64,000 nucleotides of DNA from Chiloscyllium plagiosum (GCF_004010195.1 NC_057718.1:17958373-18022372); one strand, 5' to 3'; shown: positions 11,730 to 26,060, counted from the first letter of the stretch. The notes: generated from the letters alone by a model not told the origin. Program-made: numbers and translations.

Positions 11730-13445
11730 AGATGGAAAAGCGTAGGAGAGGGTTTGAGGAGATTAGAAGCTAATGTGAATGGGAGTCCCAAAGTCTTCTA
11801 TAGGCACATCAATAGTAAAAGGATGATAAAAGGAATAGGGCCAGTTAGGGATCAAAAGGGATTTACACATGGGGACAGAGGTATGACAGTAGTGTTAAAT
11901 TAGTACTTTGCATGTGTCTTACTGAGAAAGTAGATGTAACCTTGGCAATGATGACAGGATGAAGCTCAAAGGATTAAAAACTGATAAGTAGGAAGAATTG
12001 GATAAGCTATCAATACTTAAAATTGTTACAGCACTTCTGTTAATTAAACTAAACTCCCAGAAAAGCTCACATTGCCTCGTAATCTGTTAAAAGTATGAGT
12101 GACCCAAATTCCACTATTTAAAGGATTTAACATCACTTTTTGTTTTAACTCTATATAAAAGTGGACATTACACACACTATTCACGGCTTTAAGCCCCTTT
12201 TCTCTAAACTGCTTATTATCTGCCTCCAATGATATAACAATATACTGTTCCAACAAAAGTTATTAAAATTGCTTCGACTTAATTTCAAAACCATACAGTG
12301 GCAGTCGTCTTTGTCTGTCCTCTTCCGGCTGAAGGTTTCCCTGAATCACCATCTTTCTTACTGCAAATATGTTTCATATGAAAAGGTACCTTTTGATAGA
12401 AAGTGTTTCCTAATTTCTCAGATCTGTGTTGATGGCAATTGCTCTGTCCAGTTTTCAAGATGCCTGCCTTTTTTATATCCCAACATTGAATCAATGAGAT
12501 AATCCAATGTTGACAAAACAATAAATTCAAACTCAATTGGGTTTTAGTATCCTGGGGCATAATTTAAACTAATTAAATTCAAATTATTGTCAAAACAGCA
12601 ACCAACTCAGGTATCCATTTCACAGCCAACTATTACATACTTTCAATTCTCCAGTACGCTCTAAGACTGGTATCTATTCATATCACAGGTGCTTGTAAGC
12701 TCTTGGTGCAGAACAGCATTCACTCACGCTTTAAAGGTACAATATACACCTTCATAACAAAATTCCGGTGACTAGGACTGGAGGAAGCTCATCCAAGAAT
12801 ATTGAGGCCAGTGAGTGTGGAAATTGCAGGAGGCCACTGACTATAATCTTTCAGCTTGTCCTAGAGAGGAAAGGGGACTGGGAATTACAAAAATAATGCT
12901 CCTGTTCATTTAAGATTATAAGGAGCAGCCCAGAAATTATTGTCCAGTCAGTTTAAATTCAATGCTGGGAAAGCTTCCAGAAATGATGATTCAGGATAGG
13001 ATTAGTTGCCCTGTGGATTCCAATAGGGAAATTCAGTTTGATTAACTTACTGAAATAAGAGTTGATGAGGGGGTAATGCTGTTGTTGTGATGCACATGGC
13101 CTTTCAAAAGGCAATTGATGTAGTGCAACATTGTAGCTCAGTGAATGAGATGTACAGGGTAACAACATGGATACAAAATTGGCTGCGTAGTAGGAACCAA
13201 TGAGTAGTGGCCAGTGTAGGAAGGTTTGTAATGGAGTTCCTCCAGTATCATTATATCAGGGGAAGCTATGTCCTAATAATGTGTTCAAGGTATACTTTTG
13301 AAATTTGTAGATGATACAGAACTTGAAAGCATTGTAAACTGTGAGGAGGATAATGTTGAACCCTGGAAGACTTAGAAAATGTGGTAGCTTGTAGTAGATG
13401 AAGGTCAATGCAGACAAATGTGAGGTGATGCATTTTTGAGTATAT
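11730..13445 (+). mobile_element. Old CR1 LINE remnant split by a solo LTR
   Basis: LEANVNGSPKVFYRHINSKR..IGPVRDQKG, then HPRIL and later RT-like remnants (GTAGATGATACAGAACTT, AAATGTGAGGTGATGCATTTT). Confidence 0.7.
12024..12759. mobile_element. Solo LTR, 736 bp, with 4-bp TSD
   Basis: Termini TGTTA...TAACA; perfect AAAT duplication (12020-12023, 12760-12763); interrupts a CR1. Confidence 0.8.
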
Positions 13446-14460
13446 AGTCATGCATTCATGACTGACGAATTTTAAAAAAACTTTATAAAAGTAAGTCATT
13501 CATTTCTTTTTTCATTTATTAGTTGAACTGTTAGTCATCCAGACCCTTTTAAAATGCAATTAGCTGGAACTGCAAGCATTTGAACCTTTTTAACCTTGTC
13601 TAATGAACTAGACAGCAAACTTCAGTGAGCCACAAACATCATTCAAGTAGATTCTTTGTGACTACTTGTGAAGTTTTTCCCAACATGGCTGGCCCAATTG
13701 AAGCTCCTTTTCATCAGACAGTGTCCACAAGGTTAGGATTTTCACTATCTGCTAAGGTCAATGTACTGAGCTGGAAGTTTTCCTGACTCCTGCTGTAAGC
13801 TGCAAGAATGAAAATCAAATCAAGGCACTGCTGTCTATCCATTCATTATGTTCGTTGTATCATCTATTCTTCCTTGGATGAGGTGCCCAAAACTGCATGC
13901 GGTGCTTCAGGTGTTTTCTAACCAAGGTTCTACAGAATTGAATCAAGCTGTCATTATTCCTGCACTCAAATCCCCTGGCAATAAATGCTAACATACCATT
14001 TGCCTTCCTAATTGCCCCAGCATCTGCATGTTAGCTTTCAGTGACTTGCATGCAAAGAAAGTAACACGTTCCCACTTGCCATGTATGTTTCCAATTAGAA
14101 TCCTAAGACACGTAGCCTAGAAATCTGCTAGAACCGCATGTTCTTCTATGTTTTCAGGTGTGTTAAATTGACCACCTGGAATATTGGTATACTTACAAGG
14201 CCTAGTAATTATGCTAGGTTGCATATTACTTTTGCTTTAAAAGAAAATTTATAGAAACCAGTGAAATAAGATTTGTAAGGTGATGCATTTTGGTATGATT
14301 GAGGAGAGACAATGTTAAAGAGGTGTTATTTTAAAAAGAACAGACTTGCCATTTACACCATGCTGCAGGATAGGTATGGAAGGCTGTTTAAAAAGCATAT
14401 GGGAGGTATTTGGTATTTTTTTGATTAAAGAAAGGTAGATAATTGAGGTAAATATGCAAG

Positions 14461-14746
14461 ATTAGATTAGATTCCCTACAGTGTGGAAAAAGGCCCTTCG
14501 GTCCACACCGACCCTCCGAAGAGTAACCCACCCAGACCCATTTCCCTCTGACTAATTTACCTGACCTATGGGCAATTTAGCATGGCCAATTTACCTGACC
14601 TGCACCTCTTTGGATGTGGGAGGAAACTCATGCAGACATAGGGAGAATGTGCAAACTCCACACAGACAGTGGCCCGAGGCTGGAATTGAACCTGGGACCC
14701 TGGTGCTGTGAGGCAGTAGTGCTAACCACTGAGCCACTGTGCTGCC
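14461..14746 (-). mobile_element. HE1-type V-SINE
   Basis: (ATTAG)n tail, reverse-complement V-domain and tRNA head; sits within an old + strand CR1 remnant (about 14260-15110). Confidence 0.9.
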
Positions 14747-15299
14747 AAGTTACTGCTTAAGTATCAACTGGAGTATTCAATATTAGGTACCATGCCTTGG
14801 GAAGAGTGTCAGGATCTGAGAGTGCAGAGGATGTTTAATCAAATAATACCAGGGACAAGAAATGGGGAGAGATTGGAGAAACTGGCATTGTTCTATTTGC
14901 AGCAAATGAATTTAAAAGATGAGTTGATAAAGGTTTAATATATCATGAATTTTGTTTCTCCTTATTCCTCTGTCAATGTTGCAGTGGTTGGTATGCAGAG
15001 GACACCACTTTAAGAGGAATAGGGCAAAAGAACCAGAGTTGACATGAAATTGGGCTTAACAAATTGTTGCAATCTTTAATGTTTTTCTTGAAAAGGCAGT
15101 AAAAGCAGATGTGGTAGTAACTTCCATTATATGTGTTGTAGAGTTGACTACAGCCAGCTAATGGTTGGGGTAGAGAGCTGGTAACAATCTTCCACAACAA
15201 AAACAGAAATTGCCTGAAAAACTCAGCAGAGAGAAACCAGTTAATGTTCTCAGGTCAAGTGACCCTTCCTCCGAACCAATCCTACTCCTATTCAAGGTA

Positions 15300-15519
15300 C
15301 AGGCTGACTGCCGTATATGTGGGAATTGTTTTTCGCAATTTCAGTTACCCGTGATTTACTGCGGCTCAAACACATAGGGAATGTTTGAGCACCAGGGACT
15401 GGGGGCTGCCGGGAAGGTAAATTTCCCACTGAAATGAATGGGTTTGCTTCTATCTGCAGTTTCAGGTTTCCACAGCAGGTCTTGGAATCTATCCCCTGTG
15501 GGTATGGGGAGGACTACTG
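15300..15519. mobile_element. Tigger/pogo-like MITE
   Basis: TA|CAG...CTG|TA; right end GGTCTTGGAATCTATCCCCTGTGGGTATGGGGAGGACTACTG resembles Tigger-class termini; left TIR degenerate. Confidence 0.65.
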
Positions 15520-18458
15520 TACAAGGCCTGTTTGGTTGATAGTGACAGAGGATAAACCACTAGTCAGTCTTCACAAGAAGAGGTTCTTGTGTTGACAAGA
15601 TGTAGTTTGTTGAGCAATAGGTACAAGTTATGCTGGTTGGGTCAGGCACAATCTTTCAGAAATTTCTATCTGGTTGTAAATCATATTTCCAACCCTGATC
15701 AGACAAAAATGTTTATATGATTTCAACGGAAGCTTTCTTTTATAATTGGATGAACTGTCCAGCAATCCCAACAGCCATAATCATTGAAACCCTGTCTGGT
15801 TTTGCAGCAGTATGCTGTATCCTGGGATTTTAAAACATCCACATGCCAATTCAACTGCTATTGTGTAGAGACTTGTCTGCAAGATAATATTGCAGGGTAG
15901 GCTGAGGGGAATGGGGGGAGGGTGCCAGGTGGGTGAGGAGGTTAGAGTGGCAGGTGAGTGGATGAAGGTTTATGATCAGTCAAGTTGGCGATTGGGGTTG
16001 GGAGGTGGTGCGTGTTTGTTTGGGGCAGGGGACGCCAAGGGTGGGTCAGGTGTTGGTGTCATGTCAAAGGGTGTTGGGGGATGGGCATGTTTTGTTTGGC
16101 AGGAATGTGGGGGTAAGTTGTAGTGGCTCTGGTGGGAAGGGAACATTGGGTGGGAGAGCTTGAAGGTACAAAGCTGTCGGGTCAGGGAGGGAGAGGAGTG
16201 CCACGGATTTAAGGGTGTACTTGGTGATTAGGTTTAATAGTTACTCAGGAGTTGGAGTATGTTGCTAAATTTCTAATTTCTCCTAGGCAACTTTTTAAAC
16301 TTATCTGAGTCAGAACTCTGAAAAAAAATTGATTTTTTTTTGGTTTGTTTTGGTAATTCTCATTTCTTTAACCTTCCAATCAGAATTTTCAATCTCCCCA
16401 GGCAAATCCCTTTATTCAGTTGGTCCGGGATACTGATGTGCAACTCCAGTCTGTACTTCTGCAAAAACTATCTGGCTATGGTAATATCCTGGCCGGGAAC
16501 TCAAACTATTAGAAGATGTGATTCACTTGCCCAAATTGGGATCTTGACTTAGACTCCCCTCTCCCTCTCTTCAAAACTGTATGCCATCATCTTAGTACAT
16601 TCTCTAACAGTAACCATTTCCGATCCATCATGGTATATCAATATTTTCAAAAGGGAATTGAAAAATATTTGAAGCATTACAGGGCTATCGGGGAAAGTGG
16701 TATGGGAGTAATTGGAAACTGTATCAAAGAGCTGGTGTAATGTAATATGAGCTGAAAGAGCACAGGAGATGGTCAATCATTCTAACATTCCTGTTTAGTT
16801 CATTTTTGCATCTAAATCAGCTGACCTAGTCAAATTCTTAGAGATGAAGAACATGACACAAGATGGAATTACGCTTGTATAAATTAGTTATCGCCTTTTC
16901 TTTAGTAATGAAGTGAAAGAGTGACCAACTTTAATGCTATATATTTTTGCACAATTGAAAATCCATTGTTTCGGTCATTAATCTGCTGAGTTCTAAAAAC
17001 TTTTTTTTTGTAAAAGTTTAATACAATTTTGAATAAAGTCCAAGTTAAAAGTGCAGGCAAAACTATATAGACATGTATGACTTTCTTAATGGTTTAGTGA
17101 AATATGCTAAATAGGATTAGGAAATTAAACTTTCATCAAAATTTATCATTTTCTGTTTCCCCAAGAGTTCAAAGAACTGGTACAAACGATAGATAAATAT
17201 TTTCATTGATTCTTCTGTCATGTAATCAAGGCTCAGACATAATGTTGTACAATATCCTTTTTGACTTAAAAGGTACTCTGCTGCACAAGTTATACAACCC
17301 AAAAATTGTCTAATGGATCAAAGTCTCTTTAATGTTTACCCCATACTATTGTGTGTTTTCTAATATCACCCACAGTATATTCATCAAGTGAATTGCAAAT
17401 TAAGCAGCAACATCTATGATGTATTGAAAGAACTTTTGTTTCTAAACTTGAGGTTTTGGTGATTTTTAAAATAGAAATAACTTTACAAAGTGTCCTGCTG
17501 TTCAAGTGATCCCTCAGCATCATCCAGTGTTTAACCAGTTTCTAGATTATTGCCAATGCAGGTCTTTACTGGATACTGGGAGGTGTGCAAGAGTGGAATT
17601 GATTTTTTTTTTTTCCCTTCCTGTTTTTTTTTGTTTGCTCCTCATTTTTCCGTTTGTGTTACTTGGAAAAAAAAATGCAATCAGGATCATATTACATTGT
17701 GTAGAATAAGAGGATCCAGAGGACATTTGGATAGGTTTTTACATTCAATTTGATTTAGTTTGTTTTTGTTCCAGTTAAATTGCCGCCTCCTCAATGCCTT
17801 ATGCCAAATGTTCCAGTGTCCCTCGATTACAATGGTGTTTATTGCATGATGGCTGCAATACAGAAATAAATAAGAACTAGTAAAATAATTACTACTGGGC
17901 TTGTGAGACCACAGGCTGTTTCTGCAAAGTTGGGCTGATTTAAGAATGGTGGGCATTGCTGCCACCACCACACCCATTCCTGGTGCTTACAAATTTTGCA
18001 AGCATCAAAAATCCTTTAATATCATCTTTTATAAGTCAGTCTGACAGTGAACTCAGAAACCCTCACTGAGGAAATTTAGATTTTGAAACTCCAATCTGTT
18101 CAGTGGAAGTTGTTTCTTTTTAATCCTTACAACTTAAGCCTCCCTTAGAGCAGTTCAAAGAGGAAGGAATTCGTCAAAAATAATTCAGATTATCACACTT
18201 AAACTGAATTCATCTTGCCTTCAAGAAATTTTACATTTACACTGTCTAATTTGTAACTCCAAAACTGAGTTAAGGGCCTTGGAACAGTCAAAATGGGGTC
18301 TGTTTTGAACTTGGCTGTAAGTTGATATAGAACTGCTGAGTTCCTCCTTGTGGAAATCACATTCTGACCCCTTTCCCTGACCTGCCGGGAACTATTGGAT
18401 TTGTTGGAAATAGGTGTGGGACTTGTGCATCCAAGTGCTGCCTGTTGTTTTTAAGTGA

Positions 18459-21400
18459 GTCATAGTCATAGAGCTATACAGCACAGAAACAGACCCTTTG
18501 GCCCAATTAGCCCACACAGACCATGTTCCCAAATCAAACTAGTCCTAATTGCTTGTTTGGCCTAAATCCATCCAACCATTTTCTGTTCATGTCCTTATCC
18601 AAATATTGTAACTGTACCTGCATCTATCACTTCCTGTGGCAGCTCATTCCATGCTGGAAATTCTTCTTGTCCTTTTTTTAAATCTTTCTCACTTTTAAAA
18701 ATATGCCCCTAGTTTTGAACTCCCCTCCCTTTGGGAAAAGGCCCTTGCTATTCACCTTATCTGTGCTCATCATGATTTTATAAACCTTTTTATAAGGTTA
18801 TCCCTCAACCTCTCAGTGAAAATGGTTCCAGCTTATCTTTATAACTCAAACCTTCCATACCAACATCCTGGTAAATCTTTTCTGATCTTGTTCCCTTTTA
18901 ATAATATCCTTCCTTTAGTAGGATGACCAGAACTGGGCATAACATCCTGTACAACCTTAACATGATGTCCCAACTCCTCAACTCAAAGGTCTAAGCAATG
19001 AAGGCATGTGTGCTAAATGCTTCCGTAACTATCCTGACTACGTATGATGAAAATTTCAAAGAACCCCTAGGTCTCTGTTTTACAACATTACGCAGGACCC
19101 TAACATTACTTGTAGAAGTCCTGCCCTTGTATTACCAAAATGCATTACCTTGCAATTGTCTAAATTAAACTCCATCTGCCACTCCAGCCTATTTATCAAG
19201 ATCTCTTTGTAATCTTTGATTACCACCCTGACTGTTCACTGTACACCAATCTTGGTGGCATTCGCAAACTTAAAAACTTACTAAGTTGTCATTCCAAGTC
19301 ATTTATACAGGTGACAAAAGCGGACCCAGTACTGATACCTACGGAACACCACTGGTCACAGGCCTAAAGTTTGTAAAACAACCCTCCACCATCACCCTCT
19401 GTCTCCTACCATCAAGTCAATTTTGTGTCCAATTGGCAAGCTGTTCCTGAATCCCATGTGATTCGGAGGCATTGGTTGAGATCTTTCAAAAGTCACTGGA
19501 GTCAGGGAAAGTCCCGGATGATTGGAAGATTGCTGTTGTAACCCCCTTGTTCAAGAAAGGATCAAGACAAAAGATGGAAAATTATAGGCCAATTCGCCTA
19601 ACCTCGGTTGTTGGTAAAATTCTAGAACCCATCATTTAAGGATGAGGTTTCTAAATTCTTGGAAGAGCAGGGTCGGATTAGAACAAATCAACGTGGATTT
19701 AGTAAGGGGAGGTCGTGCCTGACAAACCTGTTAGAATTCTTTTGAAGAGGTGACAAGTAGGTTAACCAGGGAAATCCAGTGGATGTGGTCTACCTAGACT
19801 TCCAAAAGGCCTTTGATAAGGTGCCACACAGGCTGCTGAGCAAGGTGAGGGCCCATGGTGTTCAAGGTGAGCTACTGGCATGGATTGAGGATTGGCTGTC
19901 TGACAGAAGGCAGAAAGTTGGGATAAGAGGTTCTTTTTCGGAATGGCAGCCGGTGACAAACGGTGTCCCACAGGATTCAGTGTTGGGGCCGCAGCTGTTC
20001 ACGTTATATATTAATGATCTGGATGAAGGGACTGGGGGCATTCTAGCGAAGTTTGCCGATGATACAAAGTTAGGTGGACAGGCAGGTAGGACTGAGGAAG
20101 TGGGGAGGCTGCAGAAGGATCTAGACTGTTTGGGAGAGTGGTCCAGGAAATGGCTGATGAAGTTCAATGTGAGCAAATGCGAGGTCTTGCACTTTGGAAA
20201 AAAGAATACAAGCATGGACTACTTTCTATAAAGCCAAAGTATAAAGGGATCTGGGAGTGCTAGTCTAGGATTCTCTAAAGGTAAACATGCAGTTTGAGTG
20301 CGTGATGAAGAAAGCGAATGCAATGTTGTCATTTATCTCAAGAGGGTTGGAATATAAAAGCACCGTTGTGCTACTGAGACTTTATAAAGCTCTGGTTAGG
20401 CCCCATTTGGAGTACTGTGTCCAGTCTTTTGGTCCCTACACCTCAGGAAAGACATACTGGCACTGGAGCGTGTCCAGCAGAGATTCACACGGATGATCCC
20501 TGGAATGGTAGGTCTAACATACGAGGAACGACTGAGGATCCTGGGATTGTATTCATTGGAGTTTAGAAGATTTAAGGGGGGATCTAATAGAAACTTACAA
20601 GATAATACATGGCTTGGAAAGGGTGGACACTAGGAAATTGTTTCCGTTAGGCGAGGAGACTAGGACCTGTGGACACAGCCTTAAAATTAGAGGGGGTAAA
20701 TTCAGAACAAAAATGCGGAGGCATTTCTTCAGCCAGAGTGTGGTGTGCCTGTGGAATTCATTGCCACAGAGTGCAGTGGAGGCCGGGATGCTAAATGTCT
20801 TCAAGGCAGAGGTTGATAAATTCTTGATGTCACAAGGAATTAAGGGCTACGGGGAGAATGCGGGTAAGTGGAGTTAAAATGCCCATCAGCAATGATTGAA
20901 TGACGGAGTGGATTCGATGGGCCGAATGGCCTTCCTTCCACTCCTATGTCTTATGGTCTTATGATATAACTTTACCAATTAGTCTACCATGTGGAACCTT
21001 GCTAAAGGTTTTATTAATGTCCATGTAAACAACATCTACTGCTCTACCCTTATCAATCTTTTTGGTTATTTCTTCAAAAACAAATGCAATTCAAGTTTGT
21101 GAGCCACTATTTTCCTTGCACAAAACTGTTAACTATTCTTAATCAGTCTTTGCCTCTCCAAATGTTTGTAAATCCTATCTTTCAGAATCACCTCCAACTT
21201 ATGCACCACTGATCAGACTCTCTGGTCTACAGTTAGGCTTCTCCTTATAGCCTGCCTTAAATAAAGACACCACATCAGCCATCCTCTCGACCTTTGGCAC
21301 CTCACCCATAGTTACAAATGATACAAATATCATTAGGGGCTCCGCAATTTCTTCCCTAACTTCCCACAACGTCCTGGGATTCACTTGACCAGGACCTGGA

Positions 21401-21770
21401 GATTTATCCACCTTTTGTTCTTTACAGAAGAGGGAGTGCTGGAGTTCTTAATGTGAACTGTTTTCAAAGCACCAGTATTAATTTCCTTGTTCTCTAATCT
21501 CCATTTCTTTCTCCACAGTAAAAACTGATCTGAAATATTTGTTTAGTATCTCTCCCATCTCTAAGGCTCAACATATGACCTGGTTGATTTTTAAGAGGCT
21601 GTGTTCTCTCCCTCATTGCTCTTTTGCTTTTAACATGTTTGTAGAGTCTTTGGATTATCCTTAATCTTATCTGGCAAAGCTGTCTGATCCCCATATTGCC
21701 CTCCTGATTTCCCTGTTAAGAATGCCCCTACACCCTTTATACTCTTTTTAAAAGATTCATTTGATCCCAT
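18459..21770 (-). mobile_element. Older CR1/HER1-type LINE, interrupted at 19463-20961
   Basis: 3' tail GTCATAGTCATAGAG at about 18459; minus-strand DKSPGPGQVNPRTLWEVREEIAEPL (21199-21411); host sequence rejoins across the insert (CCCATGTGAT|ATAACTTTACC). Confidence 0.85.
19463..20961 (+). mobile_element. Younger 5'-truncated CR1 LINE (RT domain, frameshifted)
   Basis: DVVYLDFQKAFDKVPH, GVPQDSVLGPQLF, KFADDTKLGG, LVRPHLEYCVQ; tail CCTATGTCTTATGGTCTTAT; TGAT at both junctions. Confidence 0.92.
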
Positions 21771-22668
21771 TTGGCAACTTTCATCAATTTTACTTCCCAT
21801 GTCCATCCCACACTCCCCTTCACCTGGCCCATCTCTGACTCATACCTTCCCTTCCTCAACATCTTTGCTTTAATTTCTGGGGATAGCTTGGCCACCAAAA
21901 TCCATTATAAACCCACCGACTCCCACAGTCTGCTTCATGTAAAGATTCCAATTGATTTTCCCATTCCTCCGTCTCCGTCAAAGTTGGCATCATCAGAAAA
22001 GATGTGACAAGGGAGCCTCCGAAAGGTTCACCTTCCTCAACCAAGGATTCTCCAGCACCATTGTTGACAGAGGTTCATCTGCCTCTCTTCCAACCTAGTT
22101 TACTACATCAGGTGCTCCCGATTATGGTCTTCTGTACATCAGGGAAACCAAATATAAACTTAAGGAACAATTCACTGAACATTGCAGCCAGGTCCATAGT
22201 GTCTGACCAGACCTCCTAGTCACCACCCATTTTAATTCTTCTAACCACTTGCTTTCTGACATGGCCATCCTTAGCCGCCTCCATTGCCACAATGAACCAA
22301 ACTGGAGGAACAGCACCTCATCCTCCCCCTGGGCAGTCTACAGCCCAAAGGACTCAACATTGAATTCTCCAATTTCAAATAGCCTCCTTTCCCAGCCCCT
22401 TCTTTTCCACCCTTCCCTGCCACCAACCGGATTCAGTCCTTCCATTGACCAACCAGGTTGTACCCTCTGCCTGTCTTCACTTATCCCCACTTCACCACCC
22501 TGCCCCGCCAGCCCCTTTTATGTGCAACTCCACCTACACCCACCCCCAGTCCTGAAGAAGGGTTATACCCAAAACATTGACTTATCCACCTCCTGATGTT
22601 GCCTGGCTGGCTGTTTTTTCCAGCTTCCTGGCTGTCTACATTGGATTCCAGGATCTGCAGGTTTTTTT
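21771..22668 (+). mobile_element. Penelope-like element (RT C-terminus, GIY-YIG remnant, pseudo-LTR)
   Basis: FTWPISDSYLPFL...GDSLATKIHYKPTDSHS; CATCAGGTGCTCCCGATTATGGTCTTCTGTACATCAGGGAAACC (IRCS...LLYIxET); decayed hammerhead CTGAAGAAGGGTTATACCCAAAAC at 22552. Confidence 0.8.
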
Positions 22669-23484
22669 TCTCTAATGTTTCCTCCATCTCAGCTATGTCT
22701 TACTTGGTAGAGCATTTGCCTTTGAACCACAAGATTTTGAGTTCAGGTCCAGCACAAAAAGCAAGGCTGAACTGTCAGTACAGTACTGAGGGAGCTTTAC
22801 ATTGCATTTTTTTTGGATTGTGGTTCAGCCACCTGCTTGATTGTGAAGATTCTATGGCATTATTTCAATGAGCAGCAGGTGAGTCATCATCAGTGTCCTG
22901 GTCAATGAGATTTCCAAAAGGCATTTGAAGAGGTAATGCAGAGAAGGCTGCTTTAGAATATAAAAGCCCATGGCGTTGAAGGTCATCTATTAGTCTAGAC
23001 AGAGGATTAACTAACTCATAGAAGACAAAGTTGGAATAACGGAACATTTTCGGAATATCAATTTGCAACTCATGGTGGCTGCAGGTATCAGTACTTGGGC
23101 CATGATTTGTTACGTATTACTGACTTGATGAAGGAACTAAATGTACTATAACCAAGTCTGTGCCTGACAAAGTAGTAGGTGAGAAAGCAAATGTTGAGGA
23201 TAACTCCAAGTCTGAATCTTGTGGTTTATTGGCTGTATCTGTTTTTCTAGGTTTCATGGAGGGTTTCTCTTAGTGTGAGGTAATTTTCCCTGTTGTATCC
23301 TTGATCCTGTGGTATCCCTCTCATCTGACTCCAGTCTCATTGTACCACTTGCTGTTCTTGGAACAACTTTCCATTGCCAAGATATCCCAGAATGGACTGG
23401 CATCTTGTGCCTGCACTAGTTTTAGAAGGCTGTTGTGCTCTGGACAAGCACTCTGTCTCGAGCTATCCTGCGTGGATCCTGACA

Positions 23485-25863
23485 TTTTGTGGCAGTGTGT
23501 ACAAGACAATTTTCTGATTCAGTATGTGGATGTACCTACTAGAAAAGGTGCAAAACTTGACCTACTCTTGGGAAATAAGGCAGGGCAGGTGACTGAGGTG
23601 TCAGTGGGGGAGCACTTTGGGACCAGCGACCATAATTCTATTAGATTTAAAATAATGATGGAAAAGGATAGACCAGATCTAAAAGTTGAAGTTCTAAATA
23701 TGAGAGAGGCCAATTTTGACGGTATTAGACAAGAACTTTTGAAAGCTGATTGGAGGCAGATGTTCGCAGGTAAAGGGACGGCTGGAAAATGGGAAGCCTT
23801 TAGAAATGAGATAACAAGAATCCAGAGAAAGTATATTCCTGTCAGGGTGAAAAGAAAGGCTGATCGGTATAGGGAATACTGGTTGACTAAAGAAATTGAG
23901 AGTTTGCTTAAGAAAAAGAAGGAAACATATGTAAAGTATAGACAGGATAGATCGAGTGAATCCTCAGAGTATAAAGGCAGTGGGAGTATACTTAAGAGGG
24001 AAATCAGGAGGGCACAAAGGGGACAGGAGTTAGCTTTGGCAAATAGAATTAAGGAGAATCCAAAGGGTTTTTACAAATACATTCAGGACAAAAGCGTAAC
24101 TAGGGAGAGAATAGGGCCCCTCAAAGATCAGCAAGGCAGCCTTTGTGTGGAGCTGCAGAAAATGGGGGAGATACTAAATGAATATTTTGCATCAATATTT
24201 ACTGTGGAAAAGGATATGGAAGATATAGACTGTAGGGAAATAGATGGTGACATCTTGCAAAATGTCCATATTACAGAGGAGGAAGTGCTTGATGTCTTGA
24301 AACGCATAAAGGTGGATAAATCCCCAGGACCTGATCAGGTGTACCCGAGAACTCTGTGGGAAGCTAGAGAAGTGATTGCTGGGCCTCTTGTTGAGAGATT
24401 TGCATCATCGGTAGTCACAGGTGAGGTGCTGGAAGACTGGAGGTTGGCTAACGTGGTGCCACTGTTTAAGAAGGGTGGTAAGGACAAGCCAGGGAACTGT
24501 AGACCAGTGAGCCTGACGTCAGTGATGGGCAAGTTGTTGGAGGGAATCCTGAGGGACTGGATGTACATGTATTTGGAAAGGACTGAATCGGGATAGTCAA
24601 CATGGCTTTGTGTGGGAAATAATGTCTCACAAACTTGTTTGAGTTTTTTGAGGAAGTAACAAAGAGGATTGAGGGTAGAGCAGTAGATGTGATCTATATG
24701 GACTTCAGTAAGGCGTTCAACAAGGTCCCCCATGGGAGACTGATTAGCAAGGTTAGATCTCATGGAATACAGGGAGTACTAGCCATTTGGATACAGAATT
24801 GGCTCAAAGGTAGAAGACAGAGAGTGGTGGTGGAGGGTTATTTTTCAGACTGGAGGCCTGTGACCAGTGGAGTGCCACAAGGATTGGTGCTGGGCCCTCT
24901 ACTTTTTGTCACTTAAATGATTTGGATGCGAGCATAAGAGGTACAGTTAATAAGTTTGCAGATGACACCAAAATTGGAGGTGTAGTGGACAGTGAAAAGG
25001 GTTACCTCAAATTACAACAGGATTTGGACCAGATGGGCCAATGGGTTGAGAAGTGGCAGATGGAGTTTAATTTAGATAAATGTGAGGTGCTGCATTTTGG
25101 GAAAGCAAATCTTAGCAGGACTTATACACTTAATGGTAAGATCCTAGGGATTGTTGCTGTACAAAGAGACCTTGGAGTGCAGGTTCATAGCTCCTTGAAA
25201 GTGGTGTTGCATGTAGATAGGATAGTGAAGAAGGCATTTGGTATGCTTTCCTTTATTCGTCAGAGTATGGAGTACAGGAGTTGGGAGGTCATGTTGCAGC
25301 TGTACAGGACATTGGTTAGGCCACTATTGGAATATTGTGTGCAATTCTGGTCTCCTTTCTATCGGAAGGATGTTGTGAGACTTGAAAGGGTTCAGAAAAG
25401 ATTTACAAGGATGTTGCCAGGTTTGGAGGATCTGAGCTATAGGAGAGGTTGAACAGGCTGGGGCTGTTTTCCCTGGAGCGTCGGAGACTGAGGGGTGACC
25501 TTATAGAGGTTTACAATATTGAGGGGCATGGATACGGTAAATAGACAGTCTTTTCCCTGGGGTCAGGGAGTCCAGAACTAGAGGGCATAGGCTTAGGGTG
25601 AGAGGGGAAAGGGACTTGAGGGGCAACTTTTTAAATGCAGAGGGTGGTATGTGTATGGAATGAGCTGCCAGAGGAAGTGGTGGAGGCTGGTACAATTGCA
25701 ATATTTAGGACTCATTTGGATGGGTATATGAATAGGAAGGGTTTGGAGGGATATGTGCTGGGTGCTGGCAGGTGGGACTAGATTGGATTGGGATATCTGG
25801 TTGGCATATACGGGTTGGACCAAAGGGTCTGTTTCCATGCTGTATATCTCTATAACTCTATGA
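23485..25863 (+). mobile_element. 5'-truncated CR1/HER1-type LINE with disrupted ORF2 (APE C-terminus and RT)
   Basis: LDLLLGN...GTSDHNS (APE end), DKSPGPD, NCRPVSLTS, DFSKAF, GVPQG, KFADDTK, LEYCVQFWSP spread over three broken ORFs; possible TSD CCTGACA (23478-23484, 25864-25870). Confidence 0.95.
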
Positions 25864-25879
25864 CCTGACAGATGAGGAA

Positions 25880-26060
25880 AAATTGATGCTCTGCCTTTTA
25901 GGAAGGGACCAGTGCATGAGGTGGTGCTGAGGCAGGATGACTTGCTCCCCCAGAACCAGGCCTGGTCTGGGGTTGCTACCCAGGCCAGTTCCATCCCAGC
26001 TGTCGGGAGGAAAACCCAGCACTGTGGGAAGAAGGTCAATGATCATCAGGCTAAGTGCCA
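25880..26060 (+). mobile_element. PIF/Harbinger-type Myb/SANT-like domain remnant
   Basis: EVVLRQDDLLPQ..AWSGVATQASSIPAVGRKTQHCGKKVND fits the WxxIAxxV...RTxxQCRKKxND pattern; second copy at 42740-42930. Confidence 0.5.

Noticed and set aside
15890..16210. G-rich tract as a functional G-quadruplex or Gly-rich ORF
   Set aside because: Low-complexity sequence with irregular G-runs; no independent support.
23301..24596. 431-aa ORF as a host gene or functional retrotransposon protein
   Set aside because: It is a 5'-truncated CR1 ORF2 fused by chance to flanking sequence; the RT domain is broken by frameshifts and stops downstream.
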